Shown one piece after another: positions 1 through 13,000 of a stretch of DNA of 64,000 bases. Numbering within the stretch: the first letter of the stretch is position 1; each line of letters opens with the position of its first letter. The translations under genes were made by a program, and so were the position numbers. The stretch is taken from positions 12,092,671 to 12,156,670 of the forward strand of contig NC_092676.1 in assembly GCF_964355755.1 (NCBI RefSeq), given 5' to 3'. Under the pieces are notes generated by a model. It saw nothing but the letters and a program-made list of their open reading frames with translations. It ran no database searches and was not told the origin of the DNA. The DNA comes from Antedon mediterranea. Taxonomy: Eukaryota; Animalia; Echinodermata.

Positions 1-1
1 A

Positions 2-1429
2 GATAAAGAATTTGCTTTATTGTTAAACAAATTGCGTACAAAAGAAAAACATGATTGTTTGTCTGATAACGATTTATTTGTTTTAAAATCACGTGAAACA
101 GGGGAAGAATGTGAAGATGCTGTTCATATTTACCCACGCAATAAACAAGTTGATGAATGGAATAAAAAAATGTTGCACAAAACCTGTACAGACATTGTAT
201 GCATTGAAGCAGAAGATAGTGTAGTAAACGCCAAGAAACAAACCAAAATTTGTGAGAAACCTCGGAATTCACGTCAAACTAGTTTACTAAATTATTTTTG
301 GATTGCACTTAATGCCAGAGTGATGTTGATTAAAAATGTAGATGTTAAAAAAGGCTTAACGAATGGATGTATGGGACATGTTCATGAAATAGTCAAACCC
401 AATCGTAACGCCAAACCAGTATCTATTAAAGTAAAGTTTGATAATAATGAAATCGGTGTTCAGGCAATTGAAATGTTTAAAGAATCTATGGGGAATAAAT
501 ACAGTCGAAAACAATTTCCTCTCAAATTAGCATATGCATGCACAGTTCATAAAGTCCAAGGATTGACAATGAATGAAGCAGTAGTTTGCCTTAAAAATAC
601 CTTTGCACCTGGACAAGCATACGTAGCCCTCAGTCGTGTTACTTCAGTATCTGGACTTACTATTGAACATCTTAATCATAATCTGATTTATTGTGATCCA
701 AACATAAAGAAATGCTTAAATAATATGGAATCATATGTACAATTTAAAAAACAAGGTCATGATTCGGATTCTAAATTTTCAATAATGTTACATAACATTC
801 AAGGGCTTAAACAACATTTTGCTGATCTTCAGTGCAATGATTTGTTTATGAATTCTAGTATTATATGTCTAACTGAAACGTGGTTAAATAAGGATGATGA
901 TGTTTTTGATGTAAGTATTGAGCCGTATAAATTGTATCACCAAGCAAGGTATGATTCGTATTCCAATACAAATGATCTGAGTTCCAAAATAAAAAATCAG
1001 GCTCATGGCGGCGTTGCAGTGTATACCAAGAACACGTTTACAAGCAGATTAAACATACGTAATAATGATATAGAAGCAGTTTCATTCTTAATAACAAGTC
1101 CAATTTCAGTTTCCGTGTCAGTAATTTATCGACCCCCAAGCTATGATATTAATCAATTCTGTCAAAATTTGAGAAAATATTTGGAAGAGTTACAAAAAGT
1201 GAGTACAAAATGTATTGTAATGGGTGATTTTAATGAAAATCTTTTCAAACAATCTTCCAGAGTGAATAATTTAATGTCAGAGAATGAGTACCGACAACAT
1301 GTTACATGTTCCACCACTGAAAACAATACATTGATTGATCATGTTTATAGCAAAGGTCTTGATTCAGTACAGGCTGAAGTAATTCCAATTTATTATAGCT
1401 ATCATGAAGCCATTCAAATTAAATTTTAA
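2..1429 (+). CDS. Helentron (endonuclease-encoding Helitron) Rep/Helicase, C-terminal part: PIF1-family helicase fused to an APE-like endonuclease; 5'-truncated by the window edge
   Basis: The frame is open from base 2 (DKEFALLLNKLR). PIF1 motifs: RVMLIKNVDVKKGLTNG, RKQFPLKLAYACTVHKVQGLT, GQAYVALSRV. These are followed by EEP/APE motifs HNIQGL, CLTETWL, GGVAVY, VIYRPP, GDFN, LIDHVY, SYH. The helicase+EN fusion is diagnostic of Helentrons. Confidence 0.93.
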   Translation, partial: DKEFALLLNKLRTKEKHDCLSDNDLFVLKSRETGEECEDAVHIYPRNKQVDEWNKKMLHKTCTDIVCIEAEDSVVNAKKQTKICEKPRNSRQTSLLNYFWIALNARVMLIKNVDVKKGLTNGCMGHVHEIVKPNRNAKPVSIKVKFDNNEIGVQAIEMFKESMGNKYSRKQFPLKLAYACTVHKVQGLTMNEAVVCLKNTFAPGQAYVALSRVTSVSGLTIEHLNHNLIYCDPNIKKCLNNMESYVQFKKQGHDSDSKFSIMLHNIQGLKQHFADLQCNDLFMNSSIICLTETWLNKDDDVFDVSIEPYKLYHQARYDSYSNTNDLSSKIKNQAHGGVAVYTKNTFTSRLNIRNNDIEAVSFLITSPISVSVSVIYRPPSYDINQFCQNLRKYLEELQKVSTKCIVMGDFNENLFKQSSRVNNLMSENEYRQHVTCSTTENNTLIDHVYSKGLDSVQAEVIPIYYSYHEAIQIKF

Positions 1430-1666
1430 TTGCAGCATGCAATGGTTTTTAAGTATTTAAACTCAAAAACCAAAATGATATATTATACGGCCTATCACTA
1501 TATGTGCAAGCGTGGTCAAGAACGTCAAAAATATATTAATATATAATATACTGGAAAATCACCCAGCAGAATACTATAAAAACTTTTTAAGAATTGAAAA
1601 CAAAACTGGATAAAAATCAAGAAAAAAAACCAATTTGATTAAAACAAGATGAAAATCATTTGACTC

Positions 1667-2326
1667 TCTATGCACGAGGGGCAGCGAATAATCTGTAACT
1701 TCAACCCATGTCATTCTCCTGTATAGGAGAAATCTTAATCTTAATTTTGTTTTTATGTGAGTTATATTATTATAAATATTGTTCAGAATTTGAATATGCA
1801 ATGTTGTAATCTGTGCACATAATACTCTTTCAATATTTACCGGTATTCAAGTAATGTTAAAAATGAAAGTTACATTTTACAGAAGAAGAAAATTGATACG
1901 TTCTGTTTTAGACGATTACCAATACTTCATTAGGTCTATACATAATTTCAGTTGTATAATTGTTTTTTATTTTCTTTTTTTTTTATCTATCCAGGTCTAC
2001 ATGAAATTACTAATACAGTAATTTACTCGTTTGCAAGAATAATCAATTTATTATCTATGCAAGAGGGGCAGCGAATAATCTGTAACTTCAACCCATGTCA
2101 TTCTCCTGTATAGGAGAAACAATATCTGGTGAGTAAACACATTTTAATCTTGTTTTTAAGTGAGTTATATTATTATAAATATTGTTCTGAATTTGAATAT
2201 GCAATGTTGCAATCTGTGCACATAATACTCTTTCAATATCTACCGGTATTCAAGTAATGTTAAAAATAAAAAGTTACATTTAACAGAAGAAGAAAATACG
2301 TTTTGTTTTATACGATTACCAATACT
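1667..2326 (+). repeat. ~265-bp direct duplication downstream of the Helentron ORF (1667-1926 and 2054-2326)
   Basis: Both copies begin TCTATGCA.GAGGGG(G)CAGCGAATAATCTGTAACTTCAACCCATGTCATTCTCCTGTATAGGAGAAA and end GATTACCAATACT. Confidence 0.85.
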
Positions 2327-3258
2327 AATACAGTAATTTAGATTCAACCTGTTAGTGGCGGTTTCATTGCTGTTGGTTGTTAACTGAATAAAATAAAATA
2401 AATAAATAAAATAAATTTGCTCATTTGCAAAAATAATCAATTTATTTTGTTTTGGTTTTTAGGTGTTCAATAGAATGGTTTCATCTCTTCAATTATAATA
2501 GGATCCGGATTTTTAGGCAGTCAGTAATGCAGTCATTCGCTCTTTCTTAACTATTGTCTAAACGCGGCAAATGATTAAATTATCAATTATATTAATGATT
2601 GTTAAAAAAATAAGAATCTTCTATAAATAAATCAATAAATACAAGTTTAATGAACCCACAACTGACAAATTAACATGTATATAATGTACTAAGTAAAATT
2701 ACTGATCACGAAATAAACTACTGTATAGTATAAACAGCCTACTATATGTTGACAATTTGGTACAATTTACAATAACCAATGAAAGCTTTTATAAATACAT
2801 ACATTTTATACTTATTGTAAATTTTCTTCAATTTGTTTGAAATAAAAGATTATTTTTAACAGTTATGGTGTGGTGATATTAGTTTTATTAGAACTATTAT
2901 ATCTATTGGAGTAAGTTTCACTGTAACTGAGATTCCATTGGATCAAAACACAGAGCAGAGGAGACAATAAATTGCTATTATTATTCACACATAATTCTGT
3001 AACTCGTTGTACTGTAGTATAATTATGGTGTTTAGAACTGAAATTACGGGAGAATACATTGTTTGATGTCATCAAAATGAAACATAAAAGTATGTTTATT
3101 TTCGGAAAATAATTCATCTCAACGATAACATAATTATTAAATAATATAATATAAATAATAATAATTAAATTTGGCACGTACAACTGAGAGGCGTAATATG
3201 TTGAAGTGATGAACTATGCCAAAAAACAAATAAAAATCCTACCTTCCCAATTACTGGC

Positions 3259-3306
3259 CATAGCATGACCTCATAGCATGACCCCATAGCATGACCTCGC
3301 AGCATC
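3259..3306 (+). repeat. 13-bp minisatellite (CATAGCATGACCY) x ~3.5
   Basis: Directly visible tandem copies. Confidence 0.8.
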
Positions 3307-3329
3307 CGATAGGAAAATTTTTAGGACAG

Positions 3330-4085
3330 CATATTACAGAATACACTGTATATGTTATATAATTTAATTATCTTAATAATTACATTAATACAAATTTGAA
3401 GAATTTTGGAAACGTTAACCTGAGATGCGCTCTATTTTCAACACGATTAATTTTTACGAAAGAGATGAAAATCTGACTTTTTAAATTCAACTGGCCATAT
3501 AATGACGTCATGAAATCAGATAGACAAAATGTGTATATGACTTCATATCTACAATTCAACAATTTCCATAAGTTTTAATCACGTGGGTCACTTTGTTAAC
3601 TCATGTGTGAAAGAAAATTGATTTGTCAAGAACATTAAAACGCATTAGCGCGATGCGCTCTATTAAATGGGATTAACTAATACAAAATAGAAAAAAATCT
3701 ATCTTTAAAATTCGAGTGGCCATATGGTGACGCCAGAACATCCTTTAGGTAAAAATTGTACATTAATTGATATCTACAACTCATTAGCTTCTATAATACA
3801 TTAAAAAAAATGGGTAACCTGCCATCCTAACAAGCTAGAACTGAATCAAAATAGGTATATTTTTGCACAAGTTCCTATTATATTACCCATTCTTTAGCAC
3901 ACGATTTCAAAAATCAATTGCAAAACACATTTTTCTACGCTTTGTACGAGCTGTGCGTACAAGTGCGTGCGCAAAACGCAAACAATTTAGACAATTTTGA
4001 AATGCTCAAAGTGACCTGAAATATACGCAAATTAAATAGAAATTAATTTGGCGCATTTTTAAATTTCACTCGTACAAGAAAAAAA
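3330..4085 (-). mobile_element. Diverged, partial relative of the HINE unit body
   Basis: Shares TTACAGAATACACTGTATATGTTATATA, TAATTACATTAATACAAATTTGAA, GAGATGCGCTCTA, TGGCCATAT..TGACGTCA and TTTGAAATGCTCAAA with the unit at 5428-7030. Confidence 0.65.
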
Positions 4086-4099
4086 AAAAGAAAAAAATA

Positions 4100-7000
4100 A
4101 ACGAATTTGATTCAGGTTTTCCGCAGTGCAAACGCCACGTGCACGTCATACGTTAGAATATTGCACACAGAAAAAACGATTATGCCATTGAAAAATTTTT
4201 AGTGCGCTCTCTAGTTTGCGTCACGTCTAAGTATATACAGTATACACTATATACTGTATACGTACTACATACAGTGCAGAATAGGTGAAAATAACTGACC
4301 AAAGTTTTTGACGCTTTTGAACATGATGACGTTATCACAATTTTAAAAATGGTAAATCATGTAAAAGATAATTGATTGACCTAGAAAATATAAAAAAATA
4401 GATGGAAATGGAATACGGATAAGTAGAGATGTGCTCTATTAAATGTGACGAGCTATGACGAAAGAGACAAAAATCCTATATTTTATATTCGGGTGGCCAT
4501 ACGATGACGTCATAATGTCCGGTTAGGCATATTAATGCATGATTCGATAAATACAACTCATCTACTTCTAGAATATGTAATTTAAAACAAGTTCACCACG
4601 TAGTTTAAAAATTATGACTGTTTAAAAAAAGGCCTATTTTTGACGGATTTTTGAAGTTTTTCATCAAAAACGCGCGCAAAATATCCAATTCTACGTGCTG
4701 GTATGACGTGATTTTTTGTCGAAATTGATTGAAAATTGATAAATTTACTAGAAAAGGCTGAAAAAACAAAAATCAAGCAAAAAAAAGGATGTTTTTGCGC
4801 TACGTGCGCACGCGCGCGTTAAAAATTGCGCACACGTGGGAATTTTTGAAATGCTCAAAATGACATGAAACGCGTAGAAAGTTGATTAGAAATTGATTTT
4901 TCGCATTTTTAAATTTTAAACGCGCGTGCGCGCTTAACTTTCTGCGCAACCTGCAATTGTTAATCTATAAAAAGTTTGCGCTTGATATAACTTAAATTTT
5001 CACTAAGTTTTAATGCAAAATGACTTTTGGTTTTTATTCTATGATCAATCATTGAAATTCATAAAATCGCGCGTAACTTACGCTACGCGACTCGAAAATC
5101 AAAAAACAAAGTTTCTTGCACATCTACAGATATAGGTCAATCTTATGACAAAGTTATACAATCTTATGTTGGCCAGAATTAGAGATACACGTGCAACAAA
5201 ATTCGTGGAAAGAAAGAAGAATATCGAAAAAAAAAAAAAAAAAAAAAAAAAAAGATCCTGACAATAACAAAGGGTTATCCGCCAAGTGCGGATAACCAAA
5301 AAAAAAAAAAAGATCCTGACAATAACAAGAGGTTATCCGCCAAGTGCGGATAACCAAAAAAAAAAAAAAAAAAAAAAAAAAGATCCTGACAATAACAAGA
5401 GGTTATCCGCCAAGTGCGGATAACCAACTAGATTTGAACTCGTCACTTTGACGAGTTCGGGTTATCCGCGCAAACGCAACATGCACATACGTTTAAAATA
5501 TATGAACGCCGATAATTATTATGCCATCCTATGACATGAATTAAATATGTTTACAGTGCTGAATTGTACCTATTTTGTAGCATACATCATATTACAGTGT
5601 TTACAGAATACACTGTATATGTTATATACAGTGAAGCATAGACGGAATTACGAGACCCATCTTTTAAATCTAATTATTAACACGATGACTTCATCAAATT
5701 GACATATAAAAACAACAATTTTAGAAGATAATTATCTAATTAATTACATTAATACAAATTTGAAAAATTTTGGGCACGTAAAAGTGAGATGCGCTCTCGT
5801 TTAAACGCAATGAACTTTTACGCAAGAGGTGAAAATACGACTTTTTTTATTCAATTGGCCATATGATGACGTCACAACATCTGATTGGCAAAATGTTCAC
5901 ATGATTTCGTATCTACAATCCAATAGCTTCCAGAAAACGTTTTAATCATGATTATCACTTTTTATTCAGACGAGCTATAACAGAGTAAAATTTACTGTAA
6001 AGATGAAAATAAATGACCCACGTTATTTACATTTTTAGACATGATGCCGTCATAACAATTAACATATTTTTATCTCATGCGAAAGATAATTGATTGACGT
6101 AGACAATAATAAAATCTCGGGGGAAATGGAATTCGTATGAGCGAGATGCGCTTTGTTGAATGTGATGAGCAATAACGAAATAGACAAAAATCCTATATTT
6201 TATATTCGAGTGGCCATATGATGACGTCACAATGTCCGGTTAGCCATTTTCATGCATGATTTGATATCTACAACTCATCTACTTCCAGAATCTGAAATTT
6301 TAAAAATGTTCACCACGGAGTTTAGAATCTATGACAGTTTAAAAAAAGGCATAATTTTGACAAATTTTTGAACTTTTTCATCAAAAATGCGCGCAAATTG
6401 TTTAATTCTACGTGCTCGTATGACGTGATTTTAAGTCGAAATTGATTTAAAATTGATCAATTTACTAGAAAAGGCTGAAAAAACAAAAATCAAGCAAAAA
6501 AAAGATGTTTTTGCGCTATGTGCGCACGCGCGCGTAAAAAAATTGCGCACGCGTGGGAATTTTTGAAATGCTCAAAATGACATGAAACGCGTAGAAAGTT
6601 GATTAGAAATTGATTTTTCGCATTTTGAAATTTCAAACGCGCGTGCGCGCGTAACCTTTTGTGAAACATGCCATTTTTAATCCATAGAAAGTTTGCGCAT
6701 GATATTACTTAAATTTACACAAAGTTTCAATACAAAATGACTTTTGGTTTTTAATCTATGATCAATCATTGAAATTCATAAAATCGCGCGTAACTTACGC
6801 TGCGCAACTCTAAATTCATTAAAAAAAGTTTCTTGCACATCTACAGCTACAGGGCAATCTTTTGACAAAGTTAAACAATTTTATGTTAACCAGAATTAGA
6901 GATATGCCACCAACAAAATTCGGGGAAAGAAAGAAGAATAACATAGAAAAAAAAAAAAAAGATCCTGACAATAACAAGGGGTTATCCGCCAAGTGCGGAT

Positions 7001-10000
7001 AACCAATTATCCGCCAAGTGCGGATAACCAACTAGATTTGAACTCGTCACTACGGACGAGTTAGGTTATCCGCAGTGCAAAGGCCACGTGCACGTCATAC
7101 GTTAGAATATTGCGCGCAGAAAAACGATTAAGGCATTGCAACAATTTCAGTGCGCTCTCTATTTTTCGTCACGTCTGAGTATATACGGTATACACTATAT
7201 ACTGTATACGTACTACATACAGTGCAGAATAGGTGAAAATAAGTGACCAAAGTTATTGACGCTTTTGGACATGATGATGTCATCACAATTTAAAAAATGG
7301 TAGATTATGCGAAAGATAATTGATTGGCCTAGACAATATAACAAAATGGGGGGAAATGGAATACGGATAAGTGGAGATGCGCTCTATTAAATGTGATGAG
7401 CTATGCGAAAGAGACAAAAATCCTATATTTTATATTCGAGTGGCCATACGATGACGTCACAATGTCCGGTTAGCCATATCGAAGCATGCTTTGATATCTA
7501 TAACTCATCTACTTCCAGAATCTGAAATTTTAAAAATTTTCACCTCGGAGTTTAGAATCTATGACTTTTTAAAAAAAGGCATAATTTTCACGAATTTTTG
7601 AACTTTTTCATCAAAAACGCGCGCAAATTGTTCAATTCTACGTGCTTGTATGACGTGATTTGAAGTCGAAATTGATTGAAAATTGGTAAATTTACTAGAA
7701 AAGGCTGAAAAAACAAAAATCAAGCAAAAAGAAGAGGCTTCTGCGCTAAGTGCGCACGCGCGCGTAAAAAATTGCGCACGTGTGGGAATTTTTGAAATGC
7801 TCAAAATGACCTGAAACGCGTAGAAAGTTGATTAGAAATTGATTTTACGCATTTTGAAATTTTAAACGCGCGTGCGCTCGTAACTTTATGTGAAACATGC
7901 CATTTTTAATCCATAGAAAGTTTGCGCATGATATGACTTAAATGTTCACCAAGTTTCAATACAAAATGACTTTTGGTTTTTAATCTATGATCAATCATTG
8001 AAATTCATAAAATCGCGCGTAACTTACGCTGCGCCACTCCAAAATTGTCCAAAATCTTGGCTGCACATCTACAGCTATAGCTCAATGTTATGAAAAATTT
8101 ACACTATCTTATGGTAGCCAGAAGATAGAGATATGCTGCGGACAAAATTCGTGGAAAGAAAGAAGAATAAAGAAAAAAAAAACTAGATTTGAACTCGTCA
8201 CTACGGACGAGTTAGGTTATCCGCATCGCAAAACCCACGCGCATGACACCTAAGTTAGAATATTGCGCGCAGAAAAACGATATTGCCATTGAAAAAATGT
8301 TAGTGAGCCCTCTATTTTGTGTCGCGTCTAAGTGTGTACGGTATACACTATATACTGTATACGTACTACATACAGTGCAGAATAGGTGAAAATAAGTGAC
8401 CAAAGTTATTGACGCATTTGAACATGATGACGTCATCACAATTTTAAAAATGGTAAATCATGCGAAAGATAATTGATTGATCTAGACAATATAAAAAAAT
8501 TGAGTGAAATGGAATACGGATAAGTGGAGATGCGCTCTATTAAATTTGACGAGCTATGACGAAAGAGAAAAAATCCTATATTTTATATTCGGGTGGCCAT
8601 ACGATGATGTCACAATGTCCGGTTAGCCATATCAATGCATGATTCGAGAAAAACAACTCATCTACTTCCAGAATATGTAATTTTAAAAAAGTTCACCACG
8701 TAGTTTAGAATTTATGACTGTTTAAAAAAAGGTCTAATTTTGACGATTTTTTGAAGTTTTTCATCAAAAACACGCGCAAATTATCCAATTCTACGTGCTC
8801 GTGTGACGTGATTTTAAGTCGAAATTGATTGAAAATTCATAAATTTACTAGAAAAGGCTGAAAAAACAAAAATCAAGCAAAAAAAAGATGTTTTTGCGCT
8901 ACGTGCGCACGCGCGCGTAAAAAAATTGCGCACGCGTGGGAATTTTTGAAATGCTCAAAATGACATGAAACGCATAGAAAGTTGATTAGAAATTGATTTT
9001 TCGCATTTTGAAATTTCAAACGCGCGTGCGCGCGTAACTTTTTGTGAAACATGCCATTTTTAATCCATAGAAAGTTTGCGCATGATCTCACTTAAATTTT
9101 CACAAAGTTTCAATACAAAACAACTTTTAGTTTTTATTCTATGATCAATCATTGAAATTCATGAAATCGCGCGTAACTTACGCTGCGCAACTCCAAAATC
9201 GTCCAAAAGCTTGGCTGCACATCTACAGCTATAGCTCAACCTTATGACAAAGTTATACAATCTTATGTTGGCCACAAGATAGAGATGTGCTGCGAACAAA
9301 ATTCGGGGAAAGAAAGAAGAATAACATAGAAAAAAAAAAAAACTAGATTTGAACTCGTCACTACGGACGAGTTAGGTTATCCGCAGCGCAAAAGCCACGT
9401 GCACGTCGTACGTTAGAATATTGCGCGCAGATAAACGATGATGCCATTGAAACAATTTCAGTTTTCTCTCTATTTTGCGCCACGTCTAAGTATATACGGT
9501 ATACACTATATTATACTCTATACGTACTACATACAGTGCAGAATAGGTGAAAATAAGTGACCAACGTTATTGACGCTTTTGGACATGATGACGTCATCAC
9601 AATTTTTAAACTAATGAATCATGCGAAAGATAATTGATTGACTTAGACAATATAAAGAAATGGAGGGCAATGGAATACGGATAAGTGGAGATGCGCTCTA
9701 TTAAATGTGATGAGCTATGCGAAAGAGACAAAAATCCTATATTTTATATTTGAGTGGCCATAAATGACGTCACAATGTCCAGTTAGCTATATTGATGCAT
9801 GATTCGATATCTACAACTCATCAACTTCCAGAATTTGTAATTTTAAAAAAGTTCACCACGTAGTTTAGAATCTATGACTGTTTAAAAAAAGGCATAATTT
9901 TGACAAATTTTTGAACTTTTTCATCAAAAATGCGCGTAAATTGTTTAATTCTACGTGCTCGTATGACGTGATTTTAAGTCGAAATTGTTTGAAAGTTGTT

Positions 10001-13000
10001 AAAATTACTAGAGAAGGCTGAAAAAACAAAAATCAAGCCAAAAAAACATGTATTTGCGCTACGTGCGCACGCGCGCGTAAAAATATTGCGCACCCGTGGG
10101 AATTTTTGAAATGCTCAAAATGACATGAAACGCGTAGAAAGTTGATTAGAAATGAATTTTGCGCATTTTGAAATTTTGAACGCGCGTGCGCGCGTAACTT
10201 TATATAAAACATGCCATTTTTAATCCATAGAAAGTTTGCGCATGATATAACTTAAATTTTCACCAAGTTTCAATAGAAAATGACTTTTCGTTTTCAATCT
10301 ATGATCAATCATTGAAATTCATAAAATCGCGCGTAACTTACGCTGCGCAACTCCGAATTTGTCCAAAAGCTTGGCTGCACATCTACAGCTATAGGTCAAT
10401 CTTATGACAAAGTTATACAATTTAATGTTGGCCAGAATTAGAGATACGCTGCGAACAAAATTCGTGGAAAGAAAGAAGAACATAGAAGAAAAAAAAAAAG
10501 ATCCTGACAATAACAAGAGGTTATCCGCCAAGTGCGGATAACCAAAAAAAAAAAAAGATCCTGACAATAACAAGGGGTTATCCGCCAAGTGCGGATAACC
10601 AAAAAAAAAAAAAAAAAAAAAAGATCCTGACAATAACAAGGGGTTATCCGCCAAGTGCGGATAACCAACTAGACTTGAACTCGTCACTACGGACGAGTTA
10701 GGTTATCCGCAGCGCAAAGGCCACGTGCACGTCATACGTTAGAATATTGCGCGCAGACAAACGATTAAGGCATTGAAACAATTTCAGTGTGCTCTCTATT
10801 TTTCGTCACGTCTAAGTATATACGGTATAACACTATATATTGTATACCTAATACATACAGTGCAGAATAGGTGAAAATAAGTGACCAAAGTTATTGACGC
10901 TTTTGAACATGATGACGTCATCACAATTTTTCAAATGGTGAATCGTGCGAAAGATAATTGATTGACCTAGACAACATAACAAAATGGGGGGAAATGGAAT
11001 ACGGATAAGTGGAGATGCGCTCTATTAAATGTGATGAGCTATGCGAAAGAGACAAAAATCCTATATTTTATATTCCAGTGGCCATACGATGACGTCACAA
11101 TGTCCGGTTAGCCATATGGATGCATGATTTGATATCTGCAACTCATCTACATTCAGAATATGTAATTTTAAAAAAGTTCACCACGTAGTTTAGAATCTAT
11201 GACTGTTTAAAAAAAGGCATAATTTTGACAAATTTTTGAACTTGTTCATCAAAAATGCGCGTAAATTGTTTAATTCTACGTGCTCGTATGACGTGATTTT
11301 AAGTTGAAATTGTTTGAAAGTTGGTAAATTTGCTAAAAAAGACAGGAAAAACAAAAATCAAGCAAAAAAATTATGTTTTTGCGCTACGTGCGCACGCGCG
11401 CGTAAAAAAATTGCGCACGCGTGGGAATTTTTCAAATGCTCAAAATGACATGAAACGCGTAGAAAGTTGATTAGAAATTAATTTTTCGCATTTTGAAATT
11501 TTAAACGCGCGTGCACGCGTAATTTTTGTAAAACATGCCATTTTTAATCCATAGAAAGTTTGCGCTTGATATGACTTAAATTTTCACAAAGTTTCAATAC
11601 AAAATGACTTTTGGTTTTTAATCTATGATCAATCATTGAAATTCATAAAATCGCGCGTAACTTACGCTGCGCGACTCTAAAGTTAAAAAACGAAACGTCC
11701 TGCACATCTACATCTAGAGGTCAATCTTATGACAAAGTGACACAATCTTATATTGGCCAGAATTAGAGATACGCTGCGAACAAAATTCCGGGAAAGAAAG
11801 AAGAATAAGATAGAAACTAGATTTGAACTCGTCACTATGGACGAGTTAGGTTATCCGCAGCGCAAAGGCCACGTGCACGTCATACGTTAAAATATTGCGC
11901 GCAGAAAAACGATTAAGTAATTGAAACAATTTCAGCGTGCTCTTTATTTTTCGTCACGTCTGAGTATATACGGTATACACTATATACTGTATACGTACTA
12001 CATACAGTGCAGAATAGGTGAAAATAAGTGACCAAAGTTATTGACGCTTTTGAACATGATGACGTCATCACAATTTTTAAAATGGTGAATCGTGCGAAAG
12101 ATAATTGATAGACCTAGACAACATAAAAAAATGGGGGGAAATGGAATACAAATAAGTGGAGATGCGCTATATTAAATGTGACGAGCTACGAGGAAAGAGA
12201 CAAAAATCCTATATTTTATATTCGAGTAGCCATATGATGACGTCACAATGTCCAGTTAGCCATATTGATGCATGATTTGATATCTGCAACTCATCTACTA
12301 CCAGAATATGTAATTATAAAAAAGTTCACCACGTAGTTTAGAATTTATGACTGTTTAAAAAAAGGCATAATTTTGACTAATTTTTGAACTTTTTCATCAA
12401 AAATGCGCGTAAATTGTTTAATTCTACGTGCTCGTATGACGTGATTTTAAGTTGAAATTGTTTGAAAGTTGGTAAATTTTCTAAAAAAGACAGGAAAAAC
12501 AAAAATCAAGCAAAAAAATGATGTTTTTGCGCTACGTGCACACGTGCGCGTAAAAAAATTGCGCACGCGTGGGAATTTTTGAAATGCTCAAAATGACATG
12601 AAACGCGTAGAAAGTTGACTAGATATTGATTTTTCGCAATTTGAAAATTTAAACGCGCGTGCGCGCGTAACTTTTTGTAAAACATGCCATTTTTAATCCA
12701 TAGAAAGTTTGCGCATTATATGACTTAAATGTTCACCAAGTTTCAATACAAAATGAATTTTAGTTTTTAATCTATGATCAATCATTGAAATTCATAAAAT
12801 CGCGCGTAACTTACGCTGCACGACTCGAAATTCATAAAAAAAAGTTTCTTGCACATCTACAGCTACAGGGCAATCTTATGACAAAGTTATACAGTCATTT
12901 GTTAGCCAGAATTAGAGATATGCTTGCAACAAAATTCATGGAAAGAAAGAAGAATATCGAAAAAAAAACTAGATTTGAACTCGTCACTACGGACGAGTTA

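Noticed and set aside
1390-1410. Endonuclease SDH motif reads SYH, suggesting an inactive enzyme
   Set aside because: All other catalytic motifs are intact, and from memory this variant occurs in other Helentron endonucleases; cannot be called a lesion without an alignment.
1970-2530. Splice-like signals downstream of the Helentron ORF (possible captured exons)
   Set aside because: No convincing reading frame or homology is visible; such motifs arise readily in T-rich DNA.
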